Assembly (NCBI GenBank): GCA_964523905.1
Contig: CAZFYQ010000002.1
Location: forward strand, 2,177-66,176
From: an uncultured Gammaproteobacteria bacterium
GTDB taxonomy: Bacteria > Patescibacteriota > Microgenomatia > Daviesbacterales > UBA10151
Direction: 5' to 3'
DNA length: 64,000 nt
This document shows, one piece after another, positions 1-8,724 of this stretch (positions are counted from its first letter, which is position 1; each line of letters opens with the position of its first letter). The position numbers were made by a program, and so were the translations under genes. The notes under the pieces were generated by a model. That model saw only the letters and a program-made list of their open reading frames with translations. It had not been told where the DNA came from and ran no database searches.

Positions 1-1
1 T

Positions 2-574
2 TTCGAAGTAGAGGAGCTTAAAACTTTAAGAAAGCTGGGTAGTAGGCTACAAGGGCATCCGCACAGGAGTGCTTTACCAGGTTTGGAAACTACCTCTGGG
101 CCTTTAGGTTGTGGTTTATCTCAGGCTTCTGGTATGGCTTTGGCTTTGAAATTAAATAATCAGCCAAACTGGGTTTATTGTTTAACTTCTGATGGTGAAC
201 ATAATGAGGGTAATACCTGGGAGGCAGTAATGTTTGCCGCCAAATATAAAATTAACAATTTAACCGTAATTATGGATCGTAATAATATTCAAATTGATGG
301 TAATACTGAGGACATTATGCCTTTAGAAAGTGTGAAGGCTAAGTATGAAGCGTTTAACTGGCACGTTTTAGAAATTAATGGCCATAATTTTGAGGAAATT
401 ATTAATGCTTGTGAGGAAGCTAAGGCAATTGAGAATAAACCAGTGCTAATTTTAGCTCATACCATCCCTGGAAAAGGGGTTAGTTTTATGGAAAATAAAT
501 TTCAGTGGCATGGCAAAGCGCCGAATAAAGAAGAAGCAGAGCAAGCTTTGGAGGAATTAAGAAATGCTAAATGA
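2..574 (+). CDS. Transketolase, N-terminal (TPP-binding) subunit; 5' end lies outside the window
   Basis: The ORF is open from the window start. The motifs GDGEHNEG and NWHV/INGHN and the PIP-like region are typical of the transketolase N-half, and it overlaps the C-terminal subunit ORF as in split tkt genes. Confidence 0.85.
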   Translation, partial: FEVEELKTLRKLGSRLQGHPHRSALPGLETTSGPLGCGLSQASGMALALKLNNQPNWVYCLTSDGEHNEGNTWEAVMFAAKYKINNLTVIMDRNNIQIDGNTEDIMPLESVKAKYEAFNWHVLEINGHNFEEIINACEEAKAIENKPVLILAHTIPGKGVSFMENKFQWHGKAPNKEEAEQALEELRNAK

Positions 575-1553
575 TCAAGCAAAGTTAAATCCAAAATTAT
601 TTGATGAGGATATTGAAAAAATTCCTTCCCGGGATGGATTTGGTCAGGGTTTGGTCATTGCAGCAGAGGAAAATGAAAATGTAGTTGGTCTTTGCGCTGA
701 TTTAACTGAATCCACACGGATGGAGGATTTTAAAAAGCAGTTTCCGGAAAGGTATTTTGAAGTAGGAGTAGCTGAACAAAACTTGGTCACAGTGGCCTCT
801 GGTATGGCTGCGGTTGGTAAAATTCCTTTTACTGCCTCATATGCTACTTTTTCACCGGGCCGCAACTGGGAACAAATTCGCACCACCATTTGTTATAACA
901 ACCAGCCAGTGAAGATTGCCGGCTCTCACGCTGGTTTATCAGTGGGACCAGACGGTGCAACACACCAGGCTTTAGAGGATGTGGCGATGATGAGAGCTTT
1001 GCCAAATATGATTGTAATTGTGCCGGTTGACAGTATTGAGGCTAAAAAAGCCACTATTGCCGCCTCTAAAAATGGTAAACCTACTTATATTCGCTTATCT
1101 AGAGAAAAAATGCCGGTTGTTACCACGGAAAATACTCCTTTTGAAATTGGTAAGGCCTATGAGTTAACAGAAGGTAATGATGTTACTGTGATTGCTTGTG
1201 GGCAAATGGTCTATCAGGCGCTGCAAAGTGCTAAACAGTTAAAAGAGCATAATATTAATGTTCGAGTAATAAATTGTTCCACTATTAAACCAATTGACAA
1301 AGAAACCATTCTAAAAGCCGCCGAGGAAACAGGAGCCATAGTAACAGTGGAAGAGCATCAAATAACCGGTGGCTTAGGTGGAGCAGTGGCAGAATTGATT
1401 TCACAGCAGTTTCCAGTGCCTTTAAAAATTATTGGAGTGGAAGATAGCTTTGGAGAATCCGGCAAGCCGGATGAACTGCATAAAAAATTTGGTTTAACTG
1501 CTGAGAATATTACCAAAGCTGTCACTCATGTTTTAAAAATGAAAGGAAAGTAA
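564..1553 (+). CDS. Transketolase, C-terminal (pyrimidine-binding/C-terminal domain) subunit
   Basis: 329 aa immediately downstream of and overlapping the N-subunit. It carries AEQN and GSHAG..GPDGATHQ motifs characteristic of transketolase/DXS C-halves. Confidence 0.85.
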   Translation: MLNDQAKLNPKLFDEDIEKIPSRDGFGQGLVIAAEENENVVGLCADLTESTRMEDFKKQFPERYFEVGVAEQNLVTVASGMAAVGKIPFTASYATFSPGRNWEQIRTTICYNNQPVKIAGSHAGLSVGPDGATHQALEDVAMMRALPNMIVIVPVDSIEAKKATIAASKNGKPTYIRLSREKMPVVTTENTPFEIGKAYELTEGNDVTVIACGQMVYQALQSAKQLKEHNINVRVINCSTIKPIDKETILKAAEETGAIVTVEEHQITGGLGGAVAELISQQFPVPLKIIGVEDSFGESGKPDELHKKFGLTAENITKAVTHVLKMKGK

Positions 1554-1554
1554 G

Positions 1555-2439
1555 GTGGATTTAAATGTATTTGAGCCGGTTTTTAAAAAACGTCCGGAAA
1601 TTAATCGGGAAATCCTAGAAAAAGATTTAGCAAGATATTATCTTCCTTTTGCCCAGAAATTAATTGATTTAAAAAAGTCCAAAAATAGCAATCAGGGTTT
1701 GATTGTTGGTGTATCTGCTATCCAAGGCGCTGGCAAAACTACCCAGGGGGAAATCATGGAACTTTTAATACAGAATTTGGGATTTTCCTCGGTGTCCTTA
1801 TCAATTGATGATCATTATTTAAGCCATGAGCAGTTAAATGAACTGCGTGAATTTGATCCTAGATATATTAGACGGGGAGTGACTCACGATATTTATTTAG
1901 CAATTGAGAATCTAAAGGCTTTACAAAATATGCAAGATGGTCAAACCGTCAAAGTACCTAGATATGATAAAGGAGCCAATAACGGTGATGGGGATTGGGT
2001 GGGATGGAAAGAAGTTACTAGAAAGCCTGCTTTCATTTTTTATGATGGCTGGATGTTAGGAGCAAAAACAGTGCAGGATGAGTCAATTTTTGAAAGCGGT
2101 TTGCCGGCGCTTGATAGCCCGGAACATATTCAATTTGCTAAAGATATTAATCGGAAATTAACCGAGTATTTACCGCTGTGGGAGCTAATTGATTTTATGA
2201 ATGTATTATATGTGCCAAATTATGAGACTTCTTTAAAGTGGAGGGATCAAGCAGAAGAAGTCTTAAGAACCAAAGGACAAGGAATGAGTAAAGAGCAGAT
2301 TAAAGAATTTGTTTATTACTTTTGGCGCTCAGTGCACCCGGCTATTCAAATTAAAAATTTGGCGCAGGATCCTCAGACTAATCAAGTGGTAGTAATTAAT
2401 GATGATCATAGTATTAAGGAGATAAAAAACCATGTTTGA
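1555..2439 (+). CDS. P-loop kinase, D-glycerate 3-kinase (GLYK)-like family
   Basis: Walker A GVSAIQGAGKTT, an SIDDHYL motif and RYDKGANNGDGDW resemble the plant/cyanobacterial glycerate 3-kinase family. Confidence 0.6.
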   Translation: MDLNVFEPVFKKRPEINREILEKDLARYYLPFAQKLIDLKKSKNSNQGLIVGVSAIQGAGKTTQGEIMELLIQNLGFSSVSLSIDDHYLSHEQLNELREFDPRYIRRGVTHDIYLAIENLKALQNMQDGQTVKVPRYDKGANNGDGDWVGWKEVTRKPAFIFYDGWMLGAKTVQDESIFESGLPALDSPEHIQFAKDINRKLTEYLPLWELIDFMNVLYVPNYETSLKWRDQAEEVLRTKGQGMSKEQIKEFVYYFWRSVHPAIQIKNLAQDPQTNQVVVINDDHSIKEIKNHV

Positions 2440-3415
2440 CCTGATCTCTATTGGGGATGTGACAGTTGATAATTACATTCATGTTAAAGATGCGGAGATT
2501 AAGTGTAATTTAGACAAAACTGACTGCAAACTTTGTTTGGAATATGGGCAAAAAATTCCGGTTGATCATTTCTCTCATCAAATTGGGGGTAATGCGGCTA
2601 ATAATGCAGTCGGCTCCTTACGTTTAAAGTTAAAGTCGGCAATTTATGTTAATGTCGGAGATGATGCCACCGGGCTTCAAATTAAATATCAGCTAAAACA
2701 AGACGGATTAGATATCGGCTATGTGGTGGTAAATAAAGGAATGGAGTCAAATCTCTCTACGGTAATTAGTTTTCAAGGAGAGCGGACAATTTTAGTTTAT
2801 CATCAGCCCTGGAAGTATCAGTTACCGGATTTGGATAAAGCTAAATGGGTTTACTTTACATCAGTTGCACCCTCGGTTGTAGATTCTAATTTAATTCCTG
2901 ATTTAATCAGATATTTAGAAAGTTCTGGCAGTAATTTGTTATACAATCCCGGAACTTTTCAGATTAAAACCGGAGTTAAAAAAAATCCCCGTTTACTATC
3001 TTTAACTAAACTGTTTATTGTTAATCTGGAAGAGGCCAAGCTTTGTTTGGGTTATAAAGAGGAAGAAGATATTCCAGTTAAGCAGCTATTAAAAAAGCTG
3101 GCAGATCTTGGTCCACAAATGGTGATTATTACCGATAGTAGTAACGGTTCATTTGGATTTGACGGAGAAAATTACTATAAACTGGGGGTTTTTCCCTCTA
3201 AAATGATTGAAGTCACCGGAGCCGGAGATGCTTATGCCACCGGAGTATTATCAGGACTGTTCCATGGTAAAGATTTAAAAGAGGCCATGAGATGGGGCGG
3301 GGTTAATAGTGCCTCAGTGATTGAATATATTGGTCCACAAAAAGGACTTTTAACATATTCTAAAATGCAGGAGAGATTAAAAGAGCATACAACTATTTTA
3401 GCCAAGGAATTTTAA
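2432..3415 (+). CDS. PfkB-family carbohydrate kinase (ribokinase-like)
   Basis: C-terminal GAGDAYATG signature of the PfkB family. It overlaps the upstream gene by 8 nt. Confidence 0.8.
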   Translation: MFDLISIGDVTVDNYIHVKDAEIKCNLDKTDCKLCLEYGQKIPVDHFSHQIGGNAANNAVGSLRLKLKSAIYVNVGDDATGLQIKYQLKQDGLDIGYVVVNKGMESNLSTVISFQGERTILVYHQPWKYQLPDLDKAKWVYFTSVAPSVVDSNLIPDLIRYLESSGSNLLYNPGTFQIKTGVKKNPRLLSLTKLFIVNLEEAKLCLGYKEEEDIPVKQLLKKLADLGPQMVIITDSSNGSFGFDGENYYKLGVFPSKMIEVTGAGDAYATGVLSGLFHGKDLKEAMRWGGVNSASVIEYIGPQKGLLTYSKMQERLKEHTTILAKEF

Positions 3416-4995
3416 GTTTTGCTGATGTGACTCAGGGAAAATTTAAAAGTAGCATCGGTTTTCTTATGAGGGTTAAAAATATCTTTTGGATCAAAAATAT
3501 TTTTTACTTGTTTAAATAGCTGATAAACATTTTCTCCGTACACTTTTTCCAAATATGGCCCCCGAATTAAGCCGTCATTGTGCTCAGCTGTTAAAGACCC
3601 TTCAAATTCTAGGACTAAATTAACTACTTTGCCCATTAGTTCCATAATTTTTTCCCTGACCTTATCATTTCTAAAATCTATTAAGGGAATAATATGGAAA
3701 TTTCCCTCCCCAATATGCCCGGCAATGGTATAAAGCATGTATGATTTGTAATTTTCTAAGAGCTTTTTTAATTTGGGTAAAAATACCGGTAGTTTCTCGG
3801 GTCTGACAATAATGTCATCAATAAAAGGAGCTGTTCGCATATCTTTGGAATGAAGTCTTAGCAGATTAAAACTTTCATGACGAACCCGCCAATACTTGTC
3901 CTCAATAGCTTGATCAGTAATTATTTTACTGTGAACATTTAATTGCTTAAGAGCTTCATGGGTTTTCTGACAAAGTTCAGTTACTTCTTGCGGGGAATCT
4001 GCGCTAAACTGGGCCATCAAAACCATGGAGGGTAAAGTACTAGTGAAAATATCTTTAGTGTCAGGTAGAAACTTTATAGCATACTGGATTGTCTCATCAT
4101 CAAAGCACTCAAAAGTTTCTGGTTTAAATTTTAAAACTTCATTTACCACTTGATCTAAATTATCCAAACTGTCTAAATTAATTACCAAAAGGGCAAAATT
4201 AGGTTTTGGCTTAATCAGTTTAAAATTAATTTCAGTGATAATTCCTAAAGTTCCTTGAGAACCGGTGATGAGCTTGGTTAAATCAAAGGTTTGTCCGTCC
4301 CAAACTTCCCATAAAAAGTATCCAGAAGAGTTTTTATGGACCTTGGGTTTGGCTTTTTGGATTAACTGCTGGTTTTCTGAAATCAACTTATAGATGTTTT
4401 TGTAAACCCTACCAAGCAGATTCTCTTGGTTTACTTTTTCCCGCAAAACTTCCGCAGAAACTGGTTCAATTAAATATTCATTGCCATCTGACAGGATAAT
4501 TTTTACTGAGTTAATGTAATTTTTTGTTTGACCATAGGATAAAGTTTTTTCTCCACCAGAGTTGTTGGCAATAATCCCTCCAACAGTGCAGATTTCCCTA
4601 GACGCTGGGTAAGACGGAAATAGCAAGCCTTTTTTTAAAGTTTCTTTTTCAAAATCGCGATAATATACACCAGGTTGAGTAATGGCAAAATCTTTTCCTA
4701 CCTCAATTATCTTATTAAAGTGTTTGGTCATGTCCAGAATAATTGAGTCATTAATGGCTCCCCCGCTCATATCAGTGCCGGCACTGCGGACGGTTAAAGA
4801 AAGTTTTTGATTATTTGAGCTTGATTGAGTAACAAATTTAACCAGGGACTTAATGTCCTCAACATCTTTGGGTGCTACGGCAATTTGTGGTTGGATTTGA
4901 AAAATAGAAGCATCAGTTGAAAATTTGTTTAAAGTTTCTGCATCCTCAGTTACTTCACCTTTGATAATTTTCAGGAGATCGTCTTTAAGGGGCAT
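3412..4995 (-). CDS. FAD-linked oxidase (GlcD / D-lactate dehydrogenase-like)
   Basis: 527 aa with a PCMH-type FAD-binding region (NNSGGEKTLSYG, GSQGTLGIITE). Confidence 0.8.
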   Translation of the reverse strand: MPLKDDLLKIIKGEVTEDAETLNKFSTDASIFQIQPQIAVAPKDVEDIKSLVKFVTQSSSNNQKLSLTVRSAGTDMSGGAINDSIILDMTKHFNKIIEVGKDFAITQPGVYYRDFEKETLKKGLLFPSYPASREICTVGGIIANNSGGEKTLSYGQTKNYINSVKIILSDGNEYLIEPVSAEVLREKVNQENLLGRVYKNIYKLISENQQLIQKAKPKVHKNSSGYFLWEVWDGQTFDLTKLITGSQGTLGIITEINFKLIKPKPNFALLVINLDSLDNLDQVVNEVLKFKPETFECFDDETIQYAIKFLPDTKDIFTSTLPSMVLMAQFSADSPQEVTELCQKTHEALKQLNVHSKIITDQAIEDKYWRVRHESFNLLRLHSKDMRTAPFIDDIIVRPEKLPVFLPKLKKLLENYKSYMLYTIAGHIGEGNFHIIPLIDFRNDKVREKIMELMGKVVNLVLEFEGSLTAEHNDGLIRGPYLEKVYGENVYQLFKQVKNIFDPKDIFNPHKKTDATFKFSLSHISKT

Positions 4996-5027
4996 GAATT
5001 TATTTTAACATATGTTACATTAGTAAT

Positions 5028-5990
5028 ATGGAGCCGAAAATCTTTGACACCATTATTATTGGAGCAGGGCCAGCTGGGATTGCCGCGGCAATTTATGCAG
5101 TGCGGAAGAACTTAAAAGTGTTAATTTTAACCAAAGATATTGGTGGTCAGGCAGCAATATCTGGAGATATTGAAAACTATCCTGGTTTTAGCTTGATTAC
5201 AGGTAGCGATTTAGCCAAGCAGTTCCGTATGGAACTGATAAATTTTGAAAATAATGGGATCTGGTTAAAAGAAGGGGTGGAGGTAACTGATTTATCCGGA
5301 GCTGATCCGGATCTGGTGGTTAAAACCTCAGACAGTAAGGAATATCATAGTAAAACCGTAATTATTGCCTCTGGCAGGATTCCCCGACTGCTGGGAGTGT
5401 CCGGGGAAAAAGAACTTTTGGGAAAAGGAGTAGCTACTTGTGCTACTTGCGACGCACCATTTTATAAAGATAAAGATGTGGCAGTTGTTGGTGGGGGAAA
5501 TTCAGCTTTGGATGCAGCTTTTTCCCTGATGAAAGTAGCTCGGTCAGTAACGATTGTGAATAATACTGATGTTTTAAGAGGTGATGAGATTTTAATGAAA
5601 AATGTTACTACTTCTCCCAAGGTAAAAATCCTTAATAATCATTCTGTTGTACAAATTCTCGGTAATGAGGCTGTGGGAGGGATTAAAATTAAAGATGCAG
5701 CCAGTGGTCAGGAAGAAGTGTTGACAGTCAGCGGAGTGTTTATTGAAATTGGCTTTAGCCCCTCAACCGGTTTTGACAAGATTACCAATAAAAATAAACA
5801 GGGAGAGATTGAAGTGGATGAATACGGTGCTACTTCGGTGCCGGGTATCTATGCTTGTGGCGATGTTAATGATCTATGGGGAGAGCAAATTGTCATTGCT
5901 GCCGGAGAAGGAGCTAAAACCGCCCTTCGTGTTGCTGAACACATCTCCAAAGTCCCCCACAGCGCATCTTCCAATATCCACGAAGGTTAG
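5028..5990 (+). CDS. trxB: Thioredoxin-disulfide reductase
   Basis: GAGPAG FAD motif, a CATC redox-active dithiol, and a second GGGNSALD NAD(P) site. Confidence 0.9.
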   Translation: MEPKIFDTIIIGAGPAGIAAAIYAVRKNLKVLILTKDIGGQAAISGDIENYPGFSLITGSDLAKQFRMELINFENNGIWLKEGVEVTDLSGADPDLVVKTSDSKEYHSKTVIIASGRIPRLLGVSGEKELLGKGVATCATCDAPFYKDKDVAVVGGGNSALDAAFSLMKVARSVTIVNNTDVLRGDEILMKNVTTSPKVKILNNHSVVQILGNEAVGGIKIKDAASGQEEVLTVSGVFIEIGFSPSTGFDKITNKNKQGEIEVDEYGATSVPGIYACGDVNDLWGEQIVIAAGEGAKTALRVAEHISKVPHSASSNIHEG

Positions 5991-6030
5991 CTCTTGCATT
6001 TTTTTGAAACAAATTCTATGATCCAAAAAT

Positions 6031-6912
6031 ATGACAACAATTGAGACTGTTGACTGGGGACTCGAAGAGGTAGGCAGTAAATTTCCCTATGATGAGCCAA
6101 TGCTAAGAACCACTGGTATCAGATTTCTTGGTAATTTTGCTGCGATTAGTAAGGATACGATCCAACCGGTATATGCACAGGATCGATTTACCGGTGAAAG
6201 TGAATTAATAGCTAATCCAAGGAGATGGACCATGACATTTAAGGCTGGTGAGGAATTAACTGCTGGACATTTTGGAGTGGTTAGAGCGGTAGATGTAGTT
6301 AACTCTGCTATAAGAGCTTCACAATTAATGGCTGAGTCAAAAATCTCTGGGTTAGCACGAAGCATTAGCGAAATAAGCGGTGGCTTTAGTTTAAAAAGGT
6401 TAATTAGGACTGGTGAAACAGCCACAGCTGCGGCATTTAAAACAGATAATGCTTTGGTAGAAGTTGGTGATGAACTAGCTGCAGAAGTCAAAGGAATAGA
6501 GCTGGACTTTGTGGAAGATAAACCAGTTAAGGGGCTGACTGTAGTGCAGCGGAATAATTTAAGGATGGAGCTTTTAGAAGGAGCAGCTCATGGTGGAGTT
6601 GGACTGGCTTTATTTGATTTAGAAAGAAGACAAGCTGAGATCAGAGCTGGTGGTGGTAAGGTTCCAGAAAGAACACCGGTTGTTCTCTATGATGGAATTG
6701 AAGGTCCAATTAGGTGGTATAGGGATGTTTTTCCTGGAGAAACTGTAGAATATTTCGTTACAAAAGTGGATCAGCCCAATCGTCAGATCATGCAGGCAGA
6801 CATTGCAGCTATCATAAAAGATGAATTAGTAATGGAAGCAAGAGGCGCAAAATGTAGAGTAAGGACTCTTGAATCTATTCAAAATGCTCACAGATTTGTT
6901 ACTGGTGTATAA
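6031..6912 (+). CDS. Hypothetical protein (293 aa)
   Basis: Long ORF with coding-like composition and no recognised motif. By eye it looks modestly GC-richer than its neighbours (not computed). Confidence 0.55.
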   Translation: MTTIETVDWGLEEVGSKFPYDEPMLRTTGIRFLGNFAAISKDTIQPVYAQDRFTGESELIANPRRWTMTFKAGEELTAGHFGVVRAVDVVNSAIRASQLMAESKISGLARSISEISGGFSLKRLIRTGETATAAAFKTDNALVEVGDELAAEVKGIELDFVEDKPVKGLTVVQRNNLRMELLEGAAHGGVGLALFDLERRQAEIRAGGGKVPERTPVVLYDGIEGPIRWYRDVFPGETVEYFVTKVDQPNRQIMQADIAAIIKDELVMEARGAKCRVRTLESIQNAHRFVTGV

Positions 6913-7630
6913 CTACTCTTGTTCCAGGGTTATCCGGGGTGGCGCGGACTGAGGTTTGGCCATCTGGGACTACTGGTCCGGCCCAGTTATATAAAGCAGT
7001 GGCATCTGCCAAGGGCTCATTAACACAGCCATGGCTCATGGGATGACCAAAGTTATTATGCCAGTAGGCTCCGTGCAAGGCATAGCCTGAATAAAAGAAT
7101 AAATCATCCGGTACATTCGGTAAATTATAATAAGTTCCCAAAGCCTGGTCTCCTCCGGTCATTCTTAATGATTTAACTTTATACCAAATATTAAAAGTAC
7201 CAACAGGAGTGGGGTGCCAAAGCCCGGAAGAAATAGGGAATTGCATGACAATCTTATTACCCTCCCAGGCTGTTAAAGTTTCCGTTTTTAAAGAAACTTC
7301 AATCCATTTTTCGACGCCAGAGGCAGTGGTAGTTCCTAAAACCGTACTGGCATTAGGTGTAGCATCTGCCAGAGCTTGAGAGTTCTGGTACTGATATGAC
7401 AAAGAGGTTTTGGGATAATCAATTACCTGGTTATTAAAAATCGCAATTGAGGCAGAATCATCAAATTTGCCATCTGATTTAGCCACCACAGCCGGATCAC
7501 AACAAGAAGTGGTCGGGTCCCCGGAGATATTTAATTTATAGACAATATCACGACGAATGGTTTGGAAATTAAAAGCCAGGAAAGCAAAAACAGCAACTAA
7601 AATGGCAATTGGCAGCAGGCGGGTTAGCAT
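6899..7630 (-). CDS. L,D-transpeptidase (YkuD domain), membrane-anchored
   Basis: N-terminal transmembrane helix and a YkuD catalytic signature HG..W.N..GHPMSHGCVN. Confidence 0.8.
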   Translation of the reverse strand: MLTRLLPIAILVAVFAFLAFNFQTIRRDIVYKLNISGDPTTSCCDPAVVAKSDGKFDDSASIAIFNNQVIDYPKTSLSYQYQNSQALADATPNASTVLGTTTASGVEKWIEVSLKTETLTAWEGNKIVMQFPISSGLWHPTPVGTFNIWYKVKSLRMTGGDQALGTYYNLPNVPDDLFFYSGYALHGAYWHNNFGHPMSHGCVNEPLADATALYNWAGPVVPDGQTSVRATPDNPGTRVVIHQ

Positions 7631-7667
7631 AAATTATGCTCCCGTCAAAGCACAATATTATTGTGAG

Positions 7668-7806
7668 GTAAATGACGAGGGGCCGTCAAGTAGCAGTTTC
7701 ACACCCTCGTCATTCTGAGGGAGAAGGTCTAAATGACCTTCGAGTTAACCGAAGAATCTCTCACGAATGTGAGTGGAAAGTCTGGTATGATAATTACTCT
7801 CACGAT
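7668..7806. repeat. Palindromic dispersed repeat element, copy A (partial, MITE-like)
   Basis: Carries the gtcattctgag terminal core, an 11-bp inverted repeat aatgacgaggg/ccctcgtcatt, hairpins gaaggtc-taaat-gaccttc and ctcac-gaat-gtgag, and the block cgaag-aatctctc. These are shared with the elements at 58606 and 26352. Confidence 0.6.
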
Positions 7807-8719
7807 GAAAAAATTGTCTGCTTTTACCTTAATTTTCCTGATTGTCTTAGGTTTTGTATTTGTTAAAAATATTTCCGGAAATATTGATAAACCGCTAATT
7901 ACTCCCCTGATTGCTACGGAGCAGGTCTTAGGAATTAATCAGTGGCTGCCGGATCTGCAAACTGCCTCTAACTCTGCCGGACCGGAAATCACTGCCCAGT
8001 CAGCTTTTTTTATTGATTCTAAAACCGGGGAAGTTTTGTATGAAAAAAATCCACACCTTAGATTACCAATTGCCTCATTAGTTAAAGTAATGACGGTATT
8101 AGTGGCTTTGGAACATAAAAGAATTGATGATAGTTTTGTAGTTTCTCAGCATGATGCAGATATGGAGCCGGATAAAATGCAGTTAATTGCCGGGGAAACA
8201 CTAACTCTAAAAGAACTGCTTTACGGAGTTTTTTTAATTTCCGGCAATGACGCAGCAGAGACAATTGCAGAAGGAACTACCGGAAATCGCCAAGAATTCA
8301 TTCAACTGATGAATGATAAAGCTAAACAACTAGGTATGAAGGATACTTTTTATGCTAACCCCACAGGTTTGGATGAAGACAGCGGCAACTCCTATTCAAG
8401 TGCTTATGATTTGTCTTTACTAACCCGTTATTTAATCCGCAATTTTCCGGAAACTGTGGATATATCTTCAACTGAACACATTATTTTACCAATTACCGAG
8501 ACTCATCAAGATTATGATCTGTATTCCGGGATTAATTTATTAACCACATACCCGGGGGTGGTTGGTTTTAAAACAGGTTATACTCCGGAAGCTGGCTTAA
8601 CCCTGATTAACTTAACCCGCAAAAATGGGCATGAAGTAATTGGAGTAATCTTGGGATCATCAGATCGCCGCGATGAAGCTAGAGAGCTGTTGGATTATAG
8701 TTTTAAAAAATTGAATTAA
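7805..8719 (+). CDS. D-alanyl-D-alanine carboxypeptidase (serine-type, PBP5-like)
   Basis: SxxK (ASLVK), SGND and KTG motifs. The start was chosen at the MKKLSAF signal peptide because the ORF-track start at 7733 would lie inside the repeat element. Confidence 0.8.
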   Translation: MKKLSAFTLIFLIVLGFVFVKNISGNIDKPLITPLIATEQVLGINQWLPDLQTASNSAGPEITAQSAFFIDSKTGEVLYEKNPHLRLPIASLVKVMTVLVALEHKRIDDSFVVSQHDADMEPDKMQLIAGETLTLKELLYGVFLISGNDAAETIAEGTTGNRQEFIQLMNDKAKQLGMKDTFYANPTGLDEDSGNSYSSAYDLSLLTRYLIRNFPETVDISSTEHIILPITETHQDYDLYSGINLLTTYPGVVGFKTGYTPEAGLTLINLTRKNGHEVIGVILGSSDRRDEARELLDYSFKKLN

Positions 8720-8724
8720 TTACC

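Noticed and set aside
644-889. 81-aa antisense ORF inside the transketolase C-subunit gene
   Set aside because: It lies entirely within a well-supported CDS on the opposite strand, with no start context. A typical shadow ORF.
5743-6021. 92-aa alternative-frame ORF overlapping the 3' end of trxB
   Set aside because: Same-strand overlap within a conserved gene, and trxB continues through it.
6087-6491. 134-aa antisense ORF (Ser/Ala/Leu-rich) inside the 6031..6912 gene
   Set aside because: Low-complexity translation of the complementary strand of a coding region. No independent support.
6031-6912. Possible encapsulin/HK97-fold shell protein (a DGIEGP motif resembling T. maritima encapsulin KDGIEGPY)
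   Set aside because: Only one short motif matches, the N-terminal region does not resemble encapsulins, and no cargo gene is adjacent. Kept as a hypothetical.
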